Source of the DNA: Giesbergeria sp.
GTDB lineage: Bacteria > Pseudomonadota > Gammaproteobacteria > Burkholderiales > Burkholderiaceae_C
Reading direction: 5' to 3'
Assembly: GCA_052172715.1 (NCBI GenBank)
Contig: JBQMQB010000001.1
Location: forward strand, 1 to 33,503
Length of the DNA stretch: 33,503 nt
The position numbers were made by a program, and so were the translations under genes. Shown piece after piece: positions 1-8,985 of this stretch. The notes beneath the pieces are model-generated. The model worked only from the letters and a program-made list of their open reading frames with translations, was not told where the DNA came from and did not search any database. Each line of letters opens with the position of its first letter. The stretch's first letter is position 1.

Positions 1-7
1 TGCTGTC

Positions 8-259
8 ATGAAAATCGTCGTCCGCTACTTTGCCTCTATCCGTGAGGCGGCCGGTACGGCCACCGAAGAGATCGATACAGAGGCTGGCACCATCGCCGAG
101 CTGCGTGCTGAGCTGCTCGGGCGAGGCGGTGCGTTCGCCGAGACCTTGGCCCCCGGCCGCGCCGTGCGCATGGCGCTCAACCAGCAGCTCGCGCACGAGC
201 ATGCGGGGTTGACGGACGGGGACGAGGTGGCGTTTTTTCCACCAGTGACGGGTGGGTGA
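8..259 (+). CDS. moaD: Molybdopterin synthase sulfur carrier subunit
   Basis: 83 aa ubiquitin-like protein; N-terminal VRYFASIRE and C-terminal DEVAFFPPVTGG diglycine. Confidence 0.95.
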   Translation: MKIVVRYFASIREAAGTATEEIDTEAGTIAELRAELLGRGGAFAETLAPGRAVRMALNQQLAHEHAGLTDGDEVAFFPPVTGG

Positions 260-419
260 CGCCTCGCACACGGTGGGATTTCGTGAGAGGCCGACCGCCA
301 GGTCGAACCCAAAATAGCAGTGGACCGTTTGGTTTCTACCGACTGACCGCATGGAGGCGTGGTTTCATTCCTTCAATGGACACGCTCCTGGCAGGCGCAT
401 CCAACGGCGGTTTTTAGGC

Positions 420-2141
420 TCAGTGTCCTTCGCGGATGCGCTGCTCCGACAGCGTGTGCAGGTACACCTCCAAGTTGCTGTAGCCGGGCACACCCACCAC
501 GGCCATGGACAACTGTGTGCCGTTGTGGTCTTGCACCGAGGCGTTGAGGCCGTGCGCGAGCTCCCAGGCATCGGGCATGCCGTCGCCGTCGCTGTCGACT
601 GGGGGCTGCGGCGCGGTGACAAAGGGCAGGGCGCTGCCGTCGCCTGCCGGGTTGGTATCGCGCGGCTGTAGCGCGATCTGACCGCGTGCCACGGCATCCA
701 TCAGCCGCCGGTCCATCGGGTCGCGCGGGAAGGCGCCTGCCCGCAGCACGCCCAGAGGTGCCAAGTCGCTGGCCTGGTCGTAGCCTATGAAGGGAAAGTC
801 GTTGCGCTCTGCGGTGCCAAAAAACGGCATGGCGGCACTTGGCTGCTGCTCTGGGTAGTCGTTGCAGCAGTACATCAGCGCATAGTCACTGCGGCCGGGG
901 TACAGGTTGAGTTGGTTGCCTGCGAACCAGGTGGCAGTGCGGGGCTGCGCGCCCAGGGGTGTGGCCATGTGCACCAGCCCGAATCGAAACGGCTCCGGCT
1001 GCGCGGTATTGCGCGCTACCGCCTGGTTACCGGCAAGGTTCATGCGGTAGTAGATGGGCTGGCCGCCGTCCGAGCCTGAAACGGTGGTGTTGTTCACGTC
1101 GATGAAGTACCCCATGTCCCAGTACAGGTTGTTGGACAGCTCGATGTCCATTACCGAGCCGGCGGCTGCCGCGCTCTCGCGCGAGAATTCGGGGTAGCGC
1201 CCCAGGATGCGGTTGAACACGTTGTGGTGCAGCGCCAGGCGGGTGAGTTCGTAGCCTTGTGTGGGGTTGCTGTAGTTCACCAGCACGCCGCCCCGCTCGG
1301 CATGGTCGCCCACGGTTTCCGCGATGATGGTGTTTTGCAGCGTAATGTCTTGGGAGTACGAGATTTCCACTGCCTCGTCAGTGGCGCCGCCGATCGATAC
1401 CTGGTCCACGATGGCGCGTCGCGTGTAGCGCAGGCGCAGGCCGTCGTCCTGCTGCCCGTCGGGGCGGATGCGCACATGGCGCAAGATCCAGTTGTCCGCC
1501 TTGCGGCTCCCCGCCGCGCAGGCCACGTCTTGGTCGCAATAGGGTTCCTCGGTGGTGTGAAACTGGCGCACGGTGATGCCGCCCGGCGATGTTTGCCCCG
1601 CAATGGTCACATCCCCCCGGGTGAGCTGAATGGCCGCGTTGATAAGGCCGCTGACGGCAAACACCACGGTGCGTGGGCCGGTTTCGTCCAGTGCCGCTTG
1701 CAGCGAGCCTGGGCCATTCGCGTTGAGGTTGGTCACCGTGATGACGCGCCCGCCGCGGCCCCCCGTGGCCTGCGCGCCAAACCCCGCGGCACCGGGAAAG
1801 GCCTGGGCGCGGCCTTCTGCCACTGCGCCCACGCGCAGCACCTGCAGTTGCGCGTGTTCCACCACCACTCCACTGTAGGCGTTGCCGTCTACGACCAGGC
1901 TGGGCAGAGTCAGCGTGCCGGTGGCACCGTCGAAACTGAAGGCGGTGGCGCCTGCATCGTTGAACCGCACGGGCGAGGGGCCGGTAAGCCGCAGGACCAC
2001 ATCGCGGTAGCGGTCGGGCTGCCCAGCAATGCCGATCTCGGTGATCGCCAATTCGCCAGTAGCGCTGTTGAAACTAGAGGACGCAGCGTGGGCAGAAAAG
2101 CCCATGCAAAACCCGGCAAGAAGCACAAGAAGACGCAGCAT
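420..2141 (-). CDS. Secreted pectate-lyase-like (PL1-type beta-helix) protein
   Basis: Motifs AFPGAAGFGAQATGGRGGRVITVTNLN..GPGSL..GPRTVVF, HHNVF..GRYP, DSDGDGMPDAWE..HGLN and GYSNLEVYL. Start moved to ATG 2141 (AGGAG upstream, signal peptide MLRLLVLLAGFCMGFSAHA). Confidence 0.8.
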   Translation of the reverse strand: MLRLLVLLAGFCMGFSAHAASSSFNSATGELAITEIGIAGQPDRYRDVVLRLTGPSPVRFNDAGATAFSFDGATGTLTLPSLVVDGNAYSGVVVEHAQLQVLRVGAVAEGRAQAFPGAAGFGAQATGGRGGRVITVTNLNANGPGSLQAALDETGPRTVVFAVSGLINAAIQLTRGDVTIAGQTSPGGITVRQFHTTEEPYCDQDVACAAGSRKADNWILRHVRIRPDGQQDDGLRLRYTRRAIVDQVSIGGATDEAVEISYSQDITLQNTIIAETVGDHAERGGVLVNYSNPTQGYELTRLALHHNVFNRILGRYPEFSRESAAAAGSVMDIELSNNLYWDMGYFIDVNNTTVSGSDGGQPIYYRMNLAGNQAVARNTAQPEPFRFGLVHMATPLGAQPRTATWFAGNQLNLYPGRSDYALMYCCNDYPEQQPSAAMPFFGTAERNDFPFIGYDQASDLAPLGVLRAGAFPRDPMDRRLMDAVARGQIALQPRDTNPAGDGSALPFVTAPQPPVDSDGDGMPDAWELAHGLNASVQDHNGTQLSMAVVGVPGYSNLEVYLHTLSEQRIREGH

Positions 2142-2213
2142 GGGAGACTCCTCAGTGATGAGGAGCTCATCGTATCGATTTGTATCTCTGGCGAATAGGG
2201 ATTTTTTCAACGG

Positions 2214-2534
2214 TCAGTCCGTACCCTCAAGAAGGGGGCATTGCCATTGCAACAACTCGGCGAGCCGCAGCACCACCCACGTGGCCTCGGCGGGGCTGAC
2301 GCCAGATTCTGGCGTGCACAGCCCGCCGTGAATGCGCCGCAGCACCTCTTCCTCTGACGGTGCCTGTACGTGGTACAGCGTTTGTGCCTGCTCCACCAGC
2401 ACGCTCGCCAGGTCTTCGCACAGCTCGTAGCGGGCGCGCACCACCTCGGCGCCCTTGCGCAGGCGGTTGCGGGCGTCCGTGTACACGGCCATGAAGCTCG
2501 GAGGCACCAGAATCTGGTTGTCGTGTTCCTGCAT
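2214..2534 (-). CDS. Small hypothetical protein
   Basis: MQEHDNQILVPPSF...RARYELCEDLA...SPAEATWVVLRLAELLQW looks like a helical protein; ATG 2534 lies 10 bp after the upstream stop; typical codon usage. Confidence 0.7.
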   Translation of the reverse strand: MQEHDNQILVPPSFMAVYTDARNRLRKGAEVVRARYELCEDLASVLVEQAQTLYHVQAPSEEEVLRRIHGGLCTPESGVSPAEATWVVLRLAELLQWQCPLLEGTD

Positions 2535-2544
2535 GGGGCTGTGG

Positions 2545-2799
2545 TCAGTCGGGGGTAAACAGGCGGTCGAATTTTTCGCGATCTGGTGCCTGCTCAAAGC
2601 TCACCAGTTGCCCCATCTTGCCGTCGCCCGCGCGGCAGGCGGCAAACAGCGTGGCTTTGCCGCTGAAGTGAAAATCTTCCAGCACGATGAGCGCGTAGGG
2701 GTAGGGCACAAACACCTGAATGCTGAATACTTCGCGGTGGCGGTTGCGTGGCGAGGGAAAGAGCTTGTAGCCTGGGATGTCGATTGTCTGGGTGGCCAT
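2545..2799 (-). CDS. Small hypothetical protein (84 aa)
   Basis: Protein-like aromatic-rich composition; packs against the downstream ORF without overlap. Confidence 0.7.
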   Translation of the reverse strand: MATQTIDIPGYKLFPSPRNRHREVFSIQVFVPYPYALIVLEDFHFSGKATLFAACRAGDGKMGQLVSFEQAPDREKFDRLFTPD

Positions 2800-2848
2800 G
2801 GGATACCGTTACAGTGGTAGGCAATGCTACAGACTAAATCGGAACGCC

Positions 2849-3085
2849 ATGGCTGCAACGCGTGACAAAAATACCTGGGCGCTCAAGGTGCTGGGGCTGG
2901 TCAAGGGCGGCAACCTGGCGGCTGCGCTGGCGCAGACGCAGGTGGCGCCATCAGAAGGCGACATTGTGCGATTGCAGGGTTTGCTGGCGGCTTTGCCAAC
3001 CACGCCGCTGTTGCGCCAGTTCGCCACACAGGTGGAAGAGGCCCGCCAGCTCATGGCTGCGCCGCGCCTGCACCGCTCGCCTTGA
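2849..3085 (+). CDS. Small hypothetical protein (78 aa)
   Basis: MAATRDKNTWALKVL...; ATG 2849 avoids overlap with the divergent ORF; ends 17 bp before moaE. Confidence 0.6.
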   Translation: MAATRDKNTWALKVLGLVKGGNLAAALAQTQVAPSEGDIVRLQGLLAALPTTPLLRQFATQVEEARQLMAAPRLHRSP

Positions 3086-3102
3086 CGGTCTGCTGATTTT
3101 CC

Positions 3103-3582
3103 ATGAACGCCATTCACATCGCCATCCAGACCGACGATTTCGACCTCAGCACTGAGGTGGCGCTGCTCCGTGCACAGGATGGCCGCGTGGGCGCGGTTTG
3201 CAGCTTTGTAGGCACGGTGCGCGACCGCAATGGGCCCGAGCACGGCGTGGCGGCGATGGAGTTGGAACACTACCCCGGCATGACCGAGCGGTCCATCCAC
3301 GCCATGGCGCAAGACGCGTTTGCGCGCTTTGACATTCTGGCCGTGCGGCTCATCCACCGCGTGGGGCTACTGGCGCCGCTGGACCAAATCGTGCTGGTGT
3401 CGGTGAGCTCGGCGCACCGGGGGCAGAGTTTTCAGGCCTGTGAGTTTTTGATGGACTACCTTAAAACCCAGGCGCCGTTCTGGAAGAAGGAAACCACGCC
3501 GAGTGGTGCCTGCTGGGTCGACGCGCGGGTGAGCGACGATGCGGCGCTGGCGCGCTGGGGCATCGACTCGCAGAACGCCTGA
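3103..3582 (+). CDS. moaE: Molybdopterin synthase catalytic subunit
   Basis: GAVCSFVGTVR, LEHYPGMTE, IHRVG, SAHR and MDYLKTQAPFWKKE motifs. Confidence 0.96.
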   Translation: MNAIHIAIQTDDFDLSTEVALLRAQDGRVGAVCSFVGTVRDRNGPEHGVAAMELEHYPGMTERSIHAMAQDAFARFDILAVRLIHRVGLLAPLDQIVLVSVSSAHRGQSFQACEFLMDYLKTQAPFWKKETTPSGACWVDARVSDDAALARWGIDSQNA

Positions 3583-3643
3583 TTTCGAGTAAAAATAGAT
3601 TTTTTCTTGATAGGTAAGGTTTGGCAGCTATGTATTTAATAGT
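3583..3643 (-). repeat. AT-rich palindromic intergenic repeat, degenerate copy
   Basis: Minus strand ACTATTAAATACATAGCTGCC...CTT...AAG...CTATTTTTACTC resembles the copies at 10158 and 14569. Confidence 0.6.
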
Positions 3644-3696
3644 GGTTGCGCCAGTGCACCTGTTTGCGCTTGCGCAAGAACAGCGCAGGCATCCCG

Positions 3697-3725
3697 CTTG
3701 AAATAGCGCCTACGGTGCCCCAATT
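3697..3725 (+). promoter_or_regulatory. Sigma32 (RpoH) heat-shock promoter of clpB
   Basis: CTTGAAA-N14-CCCCAATT matches the RpoH consensus, 27 bp upstream of the clpB ATG. Confidence 0.85.
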
Positions 3726-3752
3726 GCCCTGGAATCTTGAGGAAACACTTCC

Positions 3753-6371
3753 ATGCGAATCGACAAATTCACCACCAAGTTCCAGGAAGCCCTGAGCGAT
3801 GCACAGTCGATCGCGCTGGGCAACGACCACGCTTACATCGAGCCCGTGCACCTGCTCGCGGCCATGCTGCGCCAGGACGACGGCCCACGCGCGCTGCTGG
3901 AGCGCGCCGGTGCCAATGTGCCCGGCCTGCTGGCAGGGGCCGATGCGGCCGTCAAGCGCCTGCCCCAGGTGACCGGGCAAGACCAGGTGCAGGGCGGGCC
4001 GGAGCTGGGCCGTGTGCTGCAGGCGACGGAGAAGGAAGCCATCAAACGGGGTGACCAGTTCATTGCCAGCGAGTTGTTTTTGCTGGCGCTGATCGACAGC
4101 AAGGGCGAGGCTGCGCGCATCGCCAAAGAAAATGGCCTGACGCGCAAGAGCCTGGAAGCTGCCATTGAGGCGGTGCGCGGCGGCCAGAAGATGGACAGCG
4201 CCGAGGGCGAGGGCCAGCGTGAGGCTCTGAAGAAGTACTGCATCGACCTGACTGAGCGTGCCCGCATGGGCAAGCTCGACCCGGTGATTGGCCGCGACGA
4301 CGAAATTCGCCGCGCCATTCAGGTGCTGCAGCGGCGCACCAAGAACAACCCGGTGCTGATCGGCGAGCCTGGCGTCGGCAAGACGGCCATTGTCGAAGGC
4401 CTGGCGCAGCGCATCATCGCGGGCGAGGTGCCCGATTCGCTCAAGGGCAAGCGCGTGCTTTCGCTCGACATGGCGGCGCTGCTGGCCGGCGCCAAGTTCC
4501 GCGGCGAGTTTGAAGAGCGCCTGAAAACCGTGCTCAAGGAGCTGGCGCAGGACGAGGGGCAAACCATCGTTTTCATCGACGAGCTGCACACCATGGTCGG
4601 TGCTGGCAAGGCAGACGGCGCGATGGATGCAGGCAACATGCTCAAGCCTGCTCTGGCGCGGGGTGAGCTGCACTGCGTGGGCGCGACCACGCTGGACGAG
4701 TACCGCAAGTACATCGAAAAAGACGCCGCGCTGGAGCGCCGTTTCCAGAAAATTCTCGTCGGCGAGCCGACGGTAGAGGCCACCATCGCCATTCTTCGCG
4801 GCCTGCAAGAGCGTTATGAGTTGCACCACGGTGTGGAGATCACCGACCCGGCCATCGTCGCGGCGGCGGAGCTGTCCAACCGCTACATCACCGACCGTTT
4901 TCTGCCGGACAAAGCGATTGATTTGATTGACGAGGCGGCCGCCAAGATCAAGATCGAGATCGACTCCAAGCCTGAGGTGATGGACAAGCTTGACCGACGG
5001 CTGATTCAGCTGCAGATCGAGCGCGAAGCGGTGCGCAAGGAAAAAGACGAAGCCTCGCAGAAGCGTTTTGACCTTATCGAGGAAGAAATCACTTCGCTGC
5101 AAAAGGAAATCGCCGACCTCGATGAGATCTGGCAGTCTGAAAAGGCCCAGGCCCAAGGCAGCCAGCATGTGCGTGAGGAGCTTGAGCACGCCAAGCTGCA
5201 AATTGAAGAGCTCAAGCGCAAAGGCGACTTCAACAAGGTCGCAGAACTGCAGTACGGCAAGCTGCCTGAGCTGGAAAAGCAGCTCAAGGAAGCGCAAGCG
5301 AAAGAATCTGGCGAAGGCGCGCACACGCCCAACCGCCTCTTGCGCACGCAGGTGGGCGCCGAAGAAATCGCCGAGGTAGTGAGCCGTGCCACGGGTATTC
5401 CGGTGTCCAAAATGATGCAGGGCGAGCGCGACAAGCTCTTGCTCATGGAAGCCAAGCTGCACGACCGCGTGGTCGGGCAGGATGAAGCCATTGCGGCCGT
5501 GGCCAATGCCATCCGCCGCTCGCGCTCGGGCCTGTCGGACCCGAACCGGCCCACGGGCAGTTTCCTGTTCCTCGGCCCCACCGGCGTCGGCAAGACCGAG
5601 CTGTGCAAGGCGCTAGCAGGTTTCCTGTTCGACAGCGAAGACCACCTGATTCGCATCGACATGAGCGAATTCATGGAGAAGCATTCGGTCGCCCGCCTGA
5701 TTGGCGCGCCGCCCGGTTACGTGGGCTATGAGGAGGGCGGCTACCTGACCGAAGCCGTGCGCCGCAAGCCATACAGCGTGCTGCTGCTGGACGAGGTGGA
5801 AAAGGCCCACCCGGACGTGTTCAACGTGCTGCTGCAGGTGCTCGACGACGGGCGCCTCACGGACGGTCAAGGCCGCACCGTGGACTTTAAGAACACCGTC
5901 ATCGTGATGACCAGCAACATCGGCTCGCACCTGATCCAGGCGATGGTGGGGCAGGATTCCGAGGACATCAAGGAAGCGGTCTGGGGGGAACTCAAGAACC
6001 ATTTCCGGCCCGAATTCCTCAATCGCATTGACGAGACGGTGGTGTTCCACTCGCTCGATGCCGGGCACATCGAATCGATTGCGCGCATTCAGCTGCAAAT
6101 TCTGCAAGCGCGTTTGGCGAAGATGGATCTGGCGCTCCAAGTGTCCGAGACGGCGGTGGCCGAGCTGGCCAAGGTCGGGTTTGACCCGGTGTTTGGCGCG
6201 CGGCCGCTCAAGCGGGCCATTCAGCAGCGCATCGAGAACCCGCTGTCCAAGCTGCTGCTGGAGGGCAAGTACCCGCCCAAGAGCGTGATCGCGGTCGACG
6301 TGGACCCAGTGCAGACGCCTGGGGTGTTCCATTTCAGTGCTGGGCAGGCGCCTGCGAACGCCCAGAGTTGA
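3753..6371 (+). CDS. clpB: ATP-dependent disaggregase ClpB
   Basis: 872 aa; two AAA+ modules ([16 protein letters not shown]), coiled-coil middle domain, GYVG pore loop. Confidence 0.99.
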   Translation: MRIDKFTTKFQEALSDAQSIALGNDHAYIEPVHLLAAMLRQDDGPRALLERAGANVPGLLAGADAAVKRLPQVTGQDQVQGGPELGRVLQATEKEAIKRGDQFIASELFLLALIDSKGEAARIAKENGLTRKSLEAAIEAVRGGQKMDSAEGEGQREALKKYCIDLTERARMGKLDPVIGRDDEIRRAIQVLQRRTKNNPVLIGEPGVGKTAIVEGLAQRIIAGEVPDSLKGKRVLSLDMAALLAGAKFRGEFEERLKTVLKELAQDEGQTIVFIDELHTMVGAGKADGAMDAGNMLKPALARGELHCVGATTLDEYRKYIEKDAALERRFQKILVGEPTVEATIAILRGLQERYELHHGVEITDPAIVAAAELSNRYITDRFLPDKAIDLIDEAAAKIKIEIDSKPEVMDKLDRRLIQLQIEREAVRKEKDEASQKRFDLIEEEITSLQKEIADLDEIWQSEKAQAQGSQHVREELEHAKLQIEELKRKGDFNKVAELQYGKLPELEKQLKEAQAKESGEGAHTPNRLLRTQVGAEEIAEVVSRATGIPVSKMMQGERDKLLLMEAKLHDRVVGQDEAIAAVANAIRRSRSGLSDPNRPTGSFLFLGPTGVGKTELCKALAGFLFDSEDHLIRIDMSEFMEKHSVARLIGAPPGYVGYEEGGYLTEAVRRKPYSVLLLDEVEKAHPDVFNVLLQVLDDGRLTDGQGRTVDFKNTVIVMTSNIGSHLIQAMVGQDSEDIKEAVWGELKNHFRPEFLNRIDETVVFHSLDAGHIESIARIQLQILQARLAKMDLALQVSETAVAELAKVGFDPVFGARPLKRAIQQRIENPLSKLLLEGKYPPKSVIAVDVDPVQTPGVFHFSAGQAPANAQS

Positions 6372-6424
6372 GTAAAAATGATAGCTTTTGCCGCTTTGCT
6401 ATAGGGCCTTAATAGCCATTTTTG
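6369..6424 (+). repeat. AT-rich palindromic intergenic repeat copy
   Basis: AAAAATGATAGCT...CGCTT...AATAGCCATTTTT directly at the clpB stop. Confidence 0.6.
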
Positions 6425-6462
6425 TCATATATTTCGCCTGCTCAGGCAGGCGAGGAGATGTT

Positions 6463-6825
6463 TTGGATGCAGTCGTGAACCGTGTGCTGGCCTGGGTGCT
6501 GCGCGCTGTGGTGCTGGTGGCCGGGTTGGTTGTTTTCCTCAGCTTGCTCACTGCTGTGCTTGTGCTGGCGTGCCTGTGGGGTCTGCGCATGCTGTGGGCG
6601 CGTATCACCGGTCGGCCCGTGACGCCGTGGGTGATGGGGGTTGATCCGCGCGCTGCTTGGCGGGCCACGGCCAGCCGAACTGGCTGGGGCCAGCGTCCAG
6701 CGGAAAAGCAGGAAGAGCACGAGCCGACGACGCCGCCGCAAACCGGTGCTGCCGGCCCGCTGATGCGCCCGCTGCCTGGCACAGAAGACGTCACCGACGT
6801 ACAGCCCCGCGCCCCGCGCGATTGA
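6463..6825 (+). CDS. Hypothetical membrane protein
   Basis: AGGAG at 6453-6457 before TTG 6463; long hydrophobic N-terminal segment; C-terminal DVTDVQPR. Confidence 0.7.
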   Translation: MDAVVNRVLAWVLRAVVLVAGLVVFLSLLTAVLVLACLWGLRMLWARITGRPVTPWVMGVDPRAAWRATASRTGWGQRPAEKQEEHEPTTPPQTGAAGPLMRPLPGTEDVTDVQPRAPRD

Positions 6826-6871
6826 GGCGCTGCCCCTAAGCAGGGGCAAAACCCACCACTATGATGCAAAA

Positions 6872-8311
6872 ATGACTTCCAACGACCTGCACGCCTTGTT
6901 TGATGCCCAGCACAAGGCCAGCCGCGAGCATGTAGCCGTGCCATTGATGGTGCGCCGCGAGCGCCTGCTGCGCATGCGAAAGCTCCTAGATGAGCACAGC
7001 GGTACTCTGGCAGCGGCGGTCGAGGCCGATTTCGGCGTGCGCTCGCAGCGCCTGACTGAGGTAGCCGACATGTTCGTGCTGCACACGCTCATTGGCCACA
7101 CGCTTAAGCACCTGGCCCGCTGGAGCCGGCCGCAAAAGGTGCGCACGCCGCTCTACTTACTGCCCGCCAGCGCGCGCATCGAGCGCCAGCCGCTCGGCGT
7201 CGTCGGCGTGATTTCGCCCTGGAATTACCCCATTCAACTGGCCCTGGCGCCGGCAATTACGGCGCTGGCGGCAGGTAACCGCGTGATGATCAAACCCAGC
7301 GAGCTCACGCCCCACACCTCGGCGCAGCTCGAGCGTCTGTTGGCGCAGTTTTTTACGCCAGACGAAGTGTGTGTAGTGCAGGGCGACGCTGCTGTGGCCA
7401 GTGCCTTTGCGGCGCTGCCCTTTGACCACCTGGTGTTCACCGGCTCCACGGTCGTGGGGCGCAAAGTGGCGCAGGCGGCAGCCGCGAACCTCACGCCGAC
7501 CACGCTAGAGCTGGGCGGAAAATCGCCTTGCATCATCGACGCCGATTGCCGCCTGGAAGATGCGGCGCTCAAGATTGCCCACGGCAAGCTGCTTAACGCC
7601 GGCCAGACCTGCATCGCCCCCGATTACGTGCTGCTGCCGCGCGGCAGCGAGAACGCGTTTGCCGATGCCTACCGCGCAGCGGTGGCCAAACTATTCCCCA
7701 CCATCGCCGGTAATGGCGACTACGCCTCCATCATCAGCCCGCGCCACCTGGCGCGCCTGCGCAGCATCCTGCAGCAGGCCCAGGCCAATGGGGCGCAGGT
7801 GCTGTCTATGGACCCATTTCCGGACAAGTCGGTCGCCCCCGGCGCGGCGGTGCTCGATGGTGCCATCAGCCGCCAGATGGCGCCGGTGCTGGTGGTGGGC
7901 GCCACCTCCAGCATGCAGCTGATGCAGGAGGAGATCTTTGGCCCGATCCTGCCCGTCATCACCTACGAGCGGCTTGACGATGCCATCGCCCACATCAACT
8001 CCGGGCCACGGCCGCTGGCGCTCTACTGGTTTGGCAACAACGACAGTGTGCGCGACGACGTGCTCGCACGCACCGTGAGCGGCGGGGTCACTGTGAACGA
8101 CACGCTCATGCACATTGCCCACGACAACCTGCCCTTTGGCGGCGTGGGCGACAGCGGTTGGGGTGCCTACCATGGCGAGCAAGGTTTTCTGCGCTTTTGC
8201 CACCAAAAATCGGTGCTGATCCAGTCCCGCTGGTCGCTTGGCTCGGTGTTTTATCCGCCCTACGGCGCGCGACTCGACAGCACGCTCAAGCTGTTGCGGA
8301 AAATCATTTAG
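6872..8311 (+). CDS. calB: Coniferyl-aldehyde-dehydrogenase-like ALDH
   Basis: PWNYP, FTGST, LELGGKSP, NAGQTCIAPDY (catalytic Cys), EEIFGP, PFGGVGDSGWGAYHG; substrate not provable from sequence. Confidence 0.8.
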   Translation: MTSNDLHALFDAQHKASREHVAVPLMVRRERLLRMRKLLDEHSGTLAAAVEADFGVRSQRLTEVADMFVLHTLIGHTLKHLARWSRPQKVRTPLYLLPASARIERQPLGVVGVISPWNYPIQLALAPAITALAAGNRVMIKPSELTPHTSAQLERLLAQFFTPDEVCVVQGDAAVASAFAALPFDHLVFTGSTVVGRKVAQAAAANLTPTTLELGGKSPCIIDADCRLEDAALKIAHGKLLNAGQTCIAPDYVLLPRGSENAFADAYRAAVAKLFPTIAGNGDYASIISPRHLARLRSILQQAQANGAQVLSMDPFPDKSVAPGAAVLDGAISRQMAPVLVVGATSSMQLMQEEIFGPILPVITYERLDDAIAHINSGPRPLALYWFGNNDSVRDDVLARTVSGGVTVNDTLMHIAHDNLPFGGVGDSGWGAYHGEQGFLRFCHQKSVLIQSRWSLGSVFYPPYGARLDSTLKLLRKII

Positions 8312-8455
8312 AGGGTGGGCGCGGTGTCTCACTGAGAAGGGCTGCATGCTTTGCCCCTTGCCTGGCCCAGGCCAGTGCAAAAGGTGAAAAACTGTTTCCG
8401 GCGACAATGCCGCTCTTTTTCAATTTCCGTTCTCCGGTTTCAGTCGGTTTTTTTC

Positions 8456-8977
8456 ATGTCCAGCATTCAGGTTCGCCCCGCCACCCTTCGCGATGCCAAA
8501 GCTATCGCGCAAATCCACACTGTTTCCGCCCAGGAGGCCTACCAAGGTATCGTTCCAGACGAGCAACTCAAGAGCGTTTCCGTAGAAAAGCGCCAGGCTT
8601 ACTGGCGTGAAGCCATCGAATACTGCGAGCCGCAAGTGCAGGTGGCCGTAGAAGACGAAAAAGTGATCGGTTTCGTCGGTTACGACCGCTCGCGCGACGA
8701 AAAATCACGCCCCACCACAGGTGAAATTTGGGCCATTTACGCAGCGCCTACCCATTGGGACAAGGGCGTGGGCCTGGCTTTGTGGGACGCCGCGCGCGAT
8801 GGCCTGCAAGAAGAAGGCTGCACCAACGTCACCGCGTGGGTGCCGCTGCGCAATGAGCGCGCCATCCGCTTTCATGAGCTGGCTGGCTTTAAGCGCGAAA
8901 TGGCTACAGCCAAAACTGCCGTGGTTGGCAGCGTGAAGATTGAGGAAGTGCGCCTCAAGCGCGCCCTCGCCGACTGA
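8456..8977 (+). CDS. GNAT family N-acetyltransferase
   Basis: VRPATLRDA..IA.IH, GEIWAIY..P.HW.KGVG.AL, N.RA.RF.E.AGF; start moved to ATG 8456. Confidence 0.9.
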   Translation: MSSIQVRPATLRDAKAIAQIHTVSAQEAYQGIVPDEQLKSVSVEKRQAYWREAIEYCEPQVQVAVEDEKVIGFVGYDRSRDEKSRPTTGEIWAIYAAPTHWDKGVGLALWDAARDGLQEEGCTNVTAWVPLRNERAIRFHELAGFKREMATAKTAVVGSVKIEEVRLKRALAD

Positions 8978-8985
8978 AAGCCCCC

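Noticed and set aside
352-388. Imperfect hairpin in the moaD-lyase spacer
   Set aside because: Bulged, no U-tract and no match to any RNA family I recognise, including the Moco riboswitch; probably incidental
3636-5462. 608-aa ORF antisense to clpB, and similar long antisense ORFs over proX, frmA, gltA, sdh and mdh
   Set aside because: Shadow ORFs expected from high-GC codon bias; no recognisable domains
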